64,000 nt of DNA from positions 558,001 through 622,000 of the forward strand of contig NW_027191410.1 in assembly GCF_041146345.1 (NCBI RefSeq), written 5' to 3'. Position 1 is the first letter of the stretch, and every line of letters starts with the position of its first letter. The stretch comes from Neodothiora populina. Taxonomy: Eukaryota. Below are positions 1 to 9,409 of this stretch, piece after piece. Made by a program: the position numbers and the translations under genes. Under the pieces are notes generated by a model. That model saw nothing but the letters and a program-made list of their open reading frames with translations. It ran no database searches and was not told where the DNA came from.

Positions 1-57
1 GCCAACTTTCCAAATGACTGAAATATATCTTCATTTCTGATCATCTATGAAATATAG

Positions 58-465
58 GAACGGCCGCTGGCGCTCGCTCTACGTATATGATCCCTCCTCC
101 AACTCGCTCACCGGCAGCATCAAAGTAGACGTCCACTACTACGAAGACGGCAACGTCCGTCTCCTGACCACCAAGCCTATCAAAGCCTCTTCGTCCTCGG
201 CGACCGCGTCAGACGTCATAAGACAGGTTGCCACTGTAGAGAAGAAATACCAAGAAGACCTCAACAGAGCATTCACGCAGTTGAACGAGGGTGCTTTCAA
301 GGGGCTGAGGAGACAGTTGCCTGTCACTAGGCAGAAGGTCGAGTGGGAGAAGATCAGCGGATACAGGGTGAGTTATGCTTTTCTGTCATGCATGTTATAT
401 TGTTATCAAGGCTAACTTGTGGACATCAGCTGGGTCAAGATATCGGTGGCGGCAGATCGAGGTAG
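58..465 (+). CDS. CAP1: F-actin capping protein alpha subunit, 3' part (exons 58-367, 430-465; 5' end lies outside the window)
   Basis: Translation NGRWRSLY...IKVDVHYYEDGNVRL...FKGLRRQLPVTRQKVEWEKI is the CapZ-alpha C-terminus. Intron 368-429 (GTGAGT...GCTAAC...CAG); last exon reads LGQDIGGGRSR*. Confidence 0.93.
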
Positions 466-950
466 GAGAGACACCACCATGAGATCGGGGATTGAAAAGT
501 TGCATCATAGACTTTGATAGTTGTATGGCCATTTTGTGGAAAGCGTTGATTTACCATTTGTCGTTATGTGCACCTGATAGACACATTCTCTGACCTCTCT
601 TGAGTCGTTCAGCAGATTCACGGCGTTCCATTGTGTGCTGCCGATATGACAGCCCTCGACGTATGAAGCCAACAAAAGGTCCCCTGGTAGACAAATCATA
701 GCTCGTCTGCTACATCTCGCGTATGAGAAACTCAAGAGGCGAGAAAAATTCTAGTATAATAGCAGGATAGAGATACCGACTCCTTAAACCCGCTCCAAAC
801 AATTCGAATTCCATGGCACATACGAGTGGTTTTAAACTCCCCCATCCAGCTAATCATACATGACCAATACAACCAGAGCAATACGTCTACTCAAAAAAGC
901 GCCCCTCCACCTCTTCTTCCCTCTAAACATTGTCAAAAGTACATGAAGAA

Positions 951-3900
951 TCAACGCAGCAACTTCCCAATATCAGCGACCCTCGCCTCCCGCCTCCTAT
1001 GCCCCTCCCTCCCTTCTCCCGCAGCCGCCCCGCGCTTACTGGTCTTCTCCCTGAACGCCATCATCATGAGCTTGCGCTTGTCCGTTTGTATCTCCAGCAC
1101 GCGGTCTTCTATCGTGTCGTCGACTACGAGGCGGAAGACTTTTACGGGCTTGGTTTGGCCGAGGCGGTGCACGCAGTCGACTTTTGTGGTGTTAGTTGTG
1201 GCAGGGGGTTGAGGAGAAGGGAGAGAGGGGATGATGCTTACTGGCTTGGTCTTCGATTGCTGGCGCCCACCAGGTGTCTGCTAATATCACCTGTGTGGCC
1301 ATCAGTAGGAGAGGACCAGGGGGAAGGATCATAGAAGAAGTAGGACAGAGGAAGAAGGGATGGAATGGAATACATACCTGATTCGCAGCGACGAGGTTCA
1401 ATCCCACGGCACACACGCCCAGACTGGCCAACATGATGGTGCAGCTCTCGTCTTCGTCCAGAGCACGCAGAGCGCGATCACGTACAATCGCAGTCATTGT
1501 GCCGTCGATCCTGCAGAACTTGAACCCTTCCTTTTCGAGTCGCGATTGCACAATGTCCAAGAACCGAGTCCATTGCGAGAAGACGACGGTCTTGTTGCCC
1601 GAGGCGCGAGAGGCATTCAGGATCTTGAGCAGCGCGTCGAGTTTCGTGCTGCTGCCTTCGACGACGGTGCTTCCTTCGCCGTCGTCGCCGTCGCCGTACT
1701 CGTGTCTGGGCTCTAGAAGGTCTGCCTCGGACATGAGCGCGGCGCGGCACATGGGACATTTCTGCTGGGTAGTGATGACGCGCGTGATGCATTTTCTTCC
1801 AAACGTGTGCGCGCAAGGTGTTATCACGGGCTCGTGGAGACTCAGTGCTTCGAGACAGACGGGACAGTCGTCTTGGGCTTCAATGGCCAGTTGTACGAGG
1901 TCTTTTAGCACTCTTTTGTTTTCTGGGGTTAGGTTGACTGTCTTCTGGGATGCGAGTGCTGACATGAGCTGCTTGATGCGCTCGTCACCGCACAGCTCGT
2001 AGTGGTTGCAGACTTGGCGCATTCGCAGCAGAATCTCGAGTAGATGGCTATAGGCCTCTGCTGCATTTCGCCCCTCGGCGCGATGATATGTTCGCAGAGT
2101 TCCCTTTGCTGAGTCGAGGAATGCATCGTATTTTCCTCTCTCATCCTTAGTGAAGGTGACTCGTGAGATGAACTCCTCCAGCTTGAGCAATCTGAGATCG
2201 ACGAACTTCATCTCTTTCTTGCGGCGCAGACATAATGAGGACATGATTGCCTGGAGAAGAGCGATTGCGGCCGAGTCACCGGATTTCAGGGGACGTTCTA
2301 GCACATCGGTCCATACAGGGAGAGCTTCTCCAGTCCGCCACTAAGACCGATGAATCGCACAAGAGTATAAAGATCGCGCAATGAGTTGACAATTGGCGTA
2401 CCTGTCAGAACCCATCGGGACTTGGCCTTTAGGTCATTGACAGCACCGGCTCCCTTTGACTGCGGGTTCCTGACGATATGGCCTTCATCTAGAATGATGC
2501 GGCGCCACTCCAATGAGTACAGAGTGTCTGAACGTGGAGTAGGATTACTCGGGGACGACCAGTCAAACACTAGCGTGGGATACGTTGTGATTATAACATC
2601 GTGCTTTTTGAAGTCTGCAGTCTTCATCTTCTTTCTGGCCGAGCCGTGGTAGATACACACTCGAAGTGACTGGTCCTTTTTCATATGTCGGTCAATCTGG
2701 TCCTTCCAAGTCGACATGACTGATAGCGGCGCAACGATGAGCGTCGGCAAAGCCTCGTCAGGGTCCTGTTCGTCCGAAGCCATCAGGGATATCATCTCGA
2801 GGGTCTTGCCCAAGCCCATGTCATCCGCTAGAATGCCCCCACTCGCAAGCTTGGGTTCGCGATCCTTGACAGAGAAGTTCGTCGCTATGTTTGTATAAGC
2901 GCTGGCAACACTATCGTGGCGACGCCACAGCTGCACTACATCATGAGGCGGCTTGGAGTTGGCTGTAGGTAACCTTGGATCTTCTCTGTCGCGGAGCCAT
3001 GCTAGAGCCTGTAACTGATACGGTAGCATCTTGGTCTCGATTCGCTCTGGCTGCTGCGCCATTGGCATGGCCGCTAGGTCGTCTTCTGTGTTACCGAAGT
3101 CCTCAGAAGCATCCTTGATATTACGGGAATCAAAGCGCTCGCTGCTGTCGATTATGTCTTCTATATTCTGCTGCTGCGAACCATCTCCAGCATTTTGAGA
3201 ACCCTTCCAGGTCGGGTCTTTGGTAGCTTCAATCGCAGACTTTGCAGCGCGCTTGCGCTCTGAAGTCTGACGAGCTTTCTCGTGCTTCTCGAGCAGGTTG
3301 ATATGCTGAAGCGGCAGACGATCTTTCTTCATCTGGGACCTAATCTCTGCACTTTCTGGGTCATTTAGTGGTGGACCGAAGACATTCATGATGATAGGGC
3401 AGTCAAAGTCACCAATGGTGCCTGAAATCACCGCCGCGATAGCAAGCCACCCATTGTCAAGGTATTTTGCGAGCTTCGCTGCCATGGCTCTTGGGACATG
3501 ACTGATCTGATCACCGACCATAGAGTCAACCCTGATAGCATTGGAGTCATAAGGATTTCCTGGCTCTCTCAAGAGCTCGATATGCTCCCCAAAATTAGCC
3601 CATCCTTGGTAGAAGCGCACGCCTACGATTTTGGTGGGGATCTCGCTGTACTTTACATAATCTTCATTGCCTACCGTGACATCCTGAGAAGACGCTATAG
3701 TCTCATAAATGTCACGTTCGTCTGAACGTTCCTGAGTGGAGGGTACCAGCCAAGATTCACGCTCATCCTGGCTGTTTGGCACAAAAGCGTGACCATTAGT
3801 GGCAGCCGTGTCCACTTGGTTCTGTGAAGAATCGCGAGCTGACGAGCGATTATCGGACGACGTTGGTGCAGGATGGGCAAGGGATTCTGACTCAGAAGGA

Positions 3901-4142
3901 CGTCTCCATTCGCCACGTGAAGACGAGGACGATGCAGGTTTCTGCGAAGAACTATCATTGCGGGGCGCTTTCGCAGCTCGTGGCTGTGTTTCATCATCTT
4001 CTGTCAAGTCAATGGTTTGGACTTTACATTTACTGTTGCCGGCGCGGGCTGCTCCACTAGCTGCAGCAGTTCCACCGGCCCTACCACCTCTGCTACCTCT
4101 ACCACGTCTGACGTGTGGTGTCCACGTGGATCCTCTGGGCAT
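951..4142 (-). pseudogene. HIRAN-SNF2 ATPase-RING helicase of the Rad5/HLTF/Rad16 group, disrupted by an apparent frameshift near 2318-2324 (pseudogene or assembly error)
   Basis: HIRAN (KIVGVRFY...REPGNPYDSNAIRV), Walker A GGILADDMGLGKT, Walker B ILDEGH, LTGTPIVN, C3HC4 RING (CPVC...PCAHTFGRKC...CPMCR) and helicase-C (VFSQWT, GLNLVAAN, WWAPAIEDQA). Introns 1377-1291 and 1241-1181. The frame changes between GGLEKL and PVWTDVLERPLKSG with no usable intron. Confidence 0.8.
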
Positions 4143-4271
4143 TGTTTCGAGACGTTTATCAGCCCGCACTTACAATGACAAAGTAGACCTAGGGTAAAAC
4201 AATCGCAGCCTGCTAAGTAAAGAAAGCTACTCCGACTTTCAACGTGTCGAGAGCCCAGCTTATACCCTCAG

Positions 4272-4308
4272 TGCGCGTGCGGAGAAACTCGCGCTAGGAC
4301 TGCGCGTC
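4272..4308. promoter_or_regulatory. Cluster of MCB-like CGCG elements in the divergent helicase/HhH promoter
   Basis: GCGCGT at 4273 and 4302, TCGCGC at 4289. MBF-type sites (ACGCG core) are typical of G1/S and DNA-repair promoters in ascomycetes. Confidence 0.35.
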
Positions 4309-4730
4309 CATGTGATGTGATACAATATCTCTGTACCTACTTTATCTGGAGCGCGCGGAAGCTCTTCCTTGAAACACTATTACCTGTACATGTTAATATG
4401 CATCTATAATCTCGATTATAGACATACCGGAGGTCTGCCTGAGACGATGTGTTACCGGTCATTCTTGATACCGTGCACAGGTACTTTTGGATACTGCGGA
4501 GGAATCCACGCTGCCGGGCAACGTTGTGTATAAGCTTGCGCCCACAAATAGATACCGTATCCACATCTCTTTTGCTTTGACATCACTGCCTGCTTTGTCG
4601 CGTGTAGCCACAAGTGCATCAGACAAGAAGACACCAATCGAACCCCCAATAGATCCCACTAAACATATATCGCCGAGTGACATCTTGTGAACATATTACC
4701 TTCTTGAGACGAGTCGTCAGAGCAGCCAAA

Positions 4731-5960
4731 ATGGCTCCAAAGAAGGCGAAGGCGGCCAAAGCTAAACAACAAGAGACCAGCACCAACACGAAAACCAAAG
4801 GCGACGAACCCGTTGCGGATACTAATGGAAGCCAACAGAATGAATCTGTCATCGAGAAGCAATCGGAGAAAGACCCAGCAGTGACAGATTCTCAAGCCAA
4901 AACTCAATCTGATACTGGCTCAGCTGCTAAACAAAAGAGCAACGCGCAAGAATCGGCTCAAAGCCAAAAGCGCAAAGCACCCGAGGAGAGCAATGATGAT
5001 GCCGTCAAGGACGAGGACCCGTCTACAAAGGTCGAAAATTCTCCCAAAGATGCCGAGGGATCTTCTAATGAAAAGGACTCTCAAGCCACGCAAAAACCCG
5101 AGGGCGAGGAGAAGCCTGCTAAAAAGCGCAAGGCTGACAAGTCCAATGAGAAGCGCGATGGGGTTCGCAAGTCGGGCCGCGGCACGACGAAGCCGCTGCC
5201 ATCGCAGCAGCAGTTGCTCAACTATCTACTCTCTGATGCTGCCGCAGAGTTGTGTCGTCCCGATGATGAGACGAAAGAACTCCAGAAGAACGATAGTCTT
5301 AAGACTTACTCTTCCTCGGTATTGACCCCTTTCGAAGAGCTTATTTGTGCTGTTGTCCTCAGCAGACCTATCTCTCACCGATTGGGTTTACGGACCATTC
5401 GAACAATCTTCTCGGAGCCATACAACTTTATAACGCCGAAGAGCATTGTGGACGCTGGGAGTGAGAAAGTTCATCAAGCCTTGTACGACGCGAAGACGCA
5501 ACACAAGGACAAAACCGCCGAGCAGATTCGCTTGGTGGCCGAGGTTGTCATTTCCAAGTTTGCATCCGACCCCAGCGATACAAGCCTTGAGAAGCTCAGG
5601 GAGTCTGCTGACTGGGACACTGAGAGAAATAGTCTGCAACACAGCATCAAGGGACTGGGTCCCACCGGCCTTGATATCTTTTGCAGACGTACCCAGTGGC
5701 TTTTCGATGAGTTCTTCCCTTTCGTCGATGAGAGGACAGCTCGAGGCATTGACAAGTTGGGTGTCGGGCTGCCTAAACAGGCTACAGACCTTTTGAAGGC
5801 ACTCGAGAACCACTGGTCTGAGCTGGATACCAAGCATATTGCGGGCAGTGATGAACAGGCTAAGAAGAGACGCGCCTTTGTGATCATCTGCGAGAGAGCT
5901 ACCAGCGCAGATCTCGAGGGACAGATAGAAGCACTCCTAGAGGCTGCAATGTCCTTCTAG
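4731..5960 (+). CDS. Helix-hairpin-helix (HhH-GPD / endonuclease III-like) domain protein with a long disordered Lys/Glu/Ser-rich N-terminus
   Basis: Single 409-aa ORF from AAAATGG. TPFEELICAVVLSR, HhH-like IKGLGPTGLDIF followed by FPFVD (GPD-type Asp); NLS-like KKRK motifs; no 4Fe-4S cysteine cluster. Confidence 0.65.
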   Translation: MAPKKAKAAKAKQQETSTNTKTKGDEPVADTNGSQQNESVIEKQSEKDPAVTDSQAKTQSDTGSAAKQKSNAQESAQSQKRKAPEESNDDAVKDEDPSTKVENSPKDAEGSSNEKDSQATQKPEGEEKPAKKRKADKSNEKRDGVRKSGRGTTKPLPSQQQLLNYLLSDAAAELCRPDDETKELQKNDSLKTYSSSVLTPFEELICAVVLSRPISHRLGLRTIRTIFSEPYNFITPKSIVDAGSEKVHQALYDAKTQHKDKTAEQIRLVAEVVISKFASDPSDTSLEKLRESADWDTERNSLQHSIKGLGPTGLDIFCRRTQWLFDEFFPFVDERTARGIDKLGVGLPKQATDLLKALENHWSELDTKHIAGSDEQAKKRRAFVIICERATSADLEGQIEALLEAAMSF

Positions 5961-6788
5961 AGTGTTTCCGTGCTCATACAGCTGCATGTCAATTCACGTG
6001 TCTGGGATAGGGAAACACTTACATCTGTCGATCATGCGGACATCATTTAGCGAATCCTGACAGGAAGTTCTTGGCATATATGGATGCATATGCAGGGTTG
6101 TTAAACGGACAGATAAGATGGTATACGAGATTTCATATGGCTCCTAGATACACAAATGGTAACTTGCTATCAGTCACATTGTCAACTTAACATGATGAAC
6201 AGAATAACATACATATTCATACTAATTGCTTATGATCTCGATAATTATTGATTGACCTTAAAAAGCTCCACCTTCTTATTGCAGAGATTCTCTGCGAGTC
6301 CTTCGCATGATTCCGCTATGATGTTGTTATCTGAAGCAAACCTCTGTAGATTGGCTAGGGCACAAACACTTCCAGCGTTGCGCATATCTGCAGAGATAGG
6401 GCCTACTATATCGCAGGACTGTCATTCGGCGATCAAGATTATCGCGAGGCACGATCAACACCAAGACTTTCTTCACAGCGAGCCCGAATGCCTAGACCCG
6501 CATATTAGAGCGATCTCCGATACAGAGAAACCTCCATCAGTAAACACAGCATCGAACTTCAAGGTGGATTTCTACACATCTCTGAAGTTCTGTCTGTTTC
6601 CATGTCATGTCTTTGTAGACATGAGCATCTGAGAGAAAGGTCCTGATCGAACATACGGATATAGCATGTGAGGCCAAATTAGACTTTTGATTGGCTGGTC
6701 AAGCATGGAAAGTCAAGCACAGATCGGGCCGTCCGCCTTGTGAGAAAGCTTGACTCCACTGCCAACACTATATCCGTCCAATCAGCAG

Positions 6789-6810
6789 GCTCTCGGACAA
6801 GTCCGAGAGC
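6789..6810. promoter_or_regulatory. Perfect inverted repeat containing TCGG-N6-CCGA (Zn2Cys6-type site)
   Basis: GCTCTCGGAC-AA-GTCCGAGAGC, about 575 bp upstream of the GIT1-like ATG. Confidence 0.4.
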
Positions 6811-7384
6811 TTGTGTATGAGAGAGGTTCATCATTGGAGGATCATCCTAGAGAGAGGTACTCTCGAACAAGATAACACAGGAAGAAAAAAGGGCGCGCTG
6901 ACCCTTGCGCCTAGAGCAGGAATGCTTATCTGGGATTACACTTTACGTGCCGAAGGTGGCGAGTGGAGCAAGACCAGGATTGGAGAACCAGAGGAGAGGG
7001 GTGGATGATATGGGAGTGGTGAGAAGCGGTCGCCTAAAACCCAATGGAATGCCGAGCTTCCGCTTCGGTGGATCACCAGGACGGTTGTAGTCGATGATGC
7101 TACTCTTCAGTATTGTTCGGCCGATAAGCCAATCGAATACGTCTCATTGGTTTCTTGCTGTGTTTCCCAATCCATGGGCCAAAAAAACGAGCGAAGCCAA
7201 TTCGCCAATATGACTTTTCGGCCTGGGGATATATTAACCTTGGTTTCCCCCTCCTGCAGGAAGCCCAGATGGTGTCCAATTCGTTTGCTCTTCATTTTCC
7301 TTGTGACATTCGTTGAAAAGAGAGCGACTGTCTTCATACTCCTACCTCTAGTGCCCTAGCTCATTCCAGCACTCGAGGCCGAAG

Positions 7385-9009
7385 ATGAAGAACCCTTTCT
7401 CCGCAGGCGACGCAATCGATAAGAAAGTCGGTGCTGAAGTTGTTTCCCCAGACCCCGATGTGGACATCCATCATCAACCATTAGATGCGACGAACAAGTC
7501 AAGATGGGAACGTCTGTGGCCTGTGATGGCCTGTGGCTCTGGCTTGTTTTCTGATGGGTTCTTGAACAACATCATCGGAAGTGTTTCGACGATTCTGGCC
7601 ATGATCTACCCCGACGAGTACGCCAACTCTCCTGCTGCGAGCAATGTGTCTTCGATTGCGTTTGCTGGTACCGTGGTGGGAATGCTAGTGTTCGGTGGGT
7701 CAAGAGGAAACAGGTGCATCAAGGAAAACCAAGTGGCTGACAAAATCCAGGATATACTTCGGATCTGTCCCGTAAATGGTCTCTGGTCATCTCGACTGTC
7801 ATCCTGTTCGTCTTTGCAGCACTTGCAGCAGGATCATATGGAGCAGGAGGCAGCGTAGGCGGCATGCTGGCGGCCCTGACTGCCTACCGATTCTTCATTG
7901 GTATCGGCATAGGAGGCGAGTACCCTGCAGGAAGTGTAGCCTGTGCCGAAGCCACTGGCGAGCTCAAGTCCGGCACGAGGAACCGATGGTTCGTCTTGTT
8001 CACCAACAACATGATCGACATCGGGTTCGTAGTCAGTGCATTCGTGCCCATGGTTGTCGTTCTCGCAACCACGGAGAAACATCTACGCGCGGCATGGCGC
8101 ATCTGTCTAGGGCTGGGAATCATACCTCCCTTGTCTCTGATCTACCTCCGACTGAAGCTCAACGAGCCCGAAGCCTTCAAGCGCGAAAAAATGACCAAGG
8201 CAAAAACCCCCTGGCTGCTCGTCATAAAGTTCTACTGGTTCAGACTGACCATCGTCTCTCTGATCTGGTTCATCTACGACTTCTCAGCCTACAGTTTCGG
8301 CATCTACTCGTCGACCATCACCGCCAACCTCCTCGGCGAAGACTACCCCCTCTGGAAGTCCTTCGGCTGGAACACCGTCATCAACCTCTTCTACCTGCCG
8401 GGCTCCATCTCAGGTGCCTTCGTCTCCGACTGGCTCGGCCCCAAGAAAACCCTCGCATACGGCGTGACCGCACAAGCAATCGTAGGCTTCATCCTAGCAG
8501 GGTGCTACGGCCAGCTCTACAAGCCCGAATACGTGGGCGGCTTCGTCGTCGTATACGGTATCTTCCTCGCGCTCGGCGAACTCGGGCCAGGCGACAACAT
8601 CGGCCTCATCGCCTCCAAGACGTGCGCCACGCCCATCCGAGGCAAGTACTACGGCATCGCGGCCGCGACGGGCAAAATCGGCGCCTACGTCGGCACCAAG
8701 GTCCTCGGCATTCTTTACAGCAAGTACTCGACCTCCGACCCCGTCAAGGCCGGCCAGTTGCCCGTGTATATCTCCTCGGCGCTGTGTGTTGTCTCGGCGC
8801 TGCTCGCTTGGTTCCTGCTGCCGCATATCGGCCAGGACACGATTGATTACGAGGACGTCAAGTTCAGGACGTATCTTGCGGACAACGGGTATGATGTCTC
8901 GCAGATGGGCGAGCGTGATGATATCACGCGTGAGGTGAGCAGTAGCAGGCATGGCTCTTCCGAGGGAGAGGCTGTTGATGTTGTCGGCGGGCGGAGTGAG
9001 AAGTATTGA
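7385..9009 (+). CDS. GIT1: MFS glycerophosphodiester (glycerophosphoinositol/choline) permease, Git1-like (exons 7385-7694, 7751-9009)
   Basis: WPVMACGSGLFSDGFLNN, RFFIGIGIGGEYPAGSVACAE, WFIYDFSAYSFGIYSS, GELGPGDNIGLIASKT and RGKYYGIAAATGKIGA are Git1-family motifs. 56-nt intron GTGGGT...GCTGAC...CAG restores the frame. Confidence 0.85.
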
Positions 9010-9409
9010 AGTTGAAGTCTGGGGTTTCGCTCTTCATCATAATTAGTTTGAAAGAAAGGCGGAGAATGCGAACCATGGCTGGAACCAGTTAATGTCATTC
9101 CCGATTTCGACGAGTTCATTCCATCTTATCGCTTTTGTGAGCAGTCCCTCGCAGAGTGGAAAACACATCAACAGTGTTTGTTTTGTATTCACAATGATTG
9201 TAAGACTATCATCTGTTCAGGGTGACCTTGATGGAATCCCTCTTCTTGGTTTTCTCTGCCCTGTTCGGTTCTTCTACTTGTCAAGTTCATACATCAGCAG
9301 TGCACGTACATGCTAAAGCACAGATATAACATCTTTTTTTCTAGCATAAGTATATATCTACATATGTGCATATACATAAACCTCCTCATTCAATACAGAC
9401 AGCCTAGAT

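Noticed and set aside
2298..2316. 19-nt GT...AG mini-intron or TAG read-through/editing as a rescue of the helicase frameshift
   Set aside because: Too short for a fungal spliceosomal intron, and neither event restores the downstream frame.
7776..8846. 356-aa alternate-frame ORF in the GIT1-like gene and similar antisense ORFs (e.g. 28546-29451 over PLB)
   Set aside because: Codon-bias shadows of well-supported genes.
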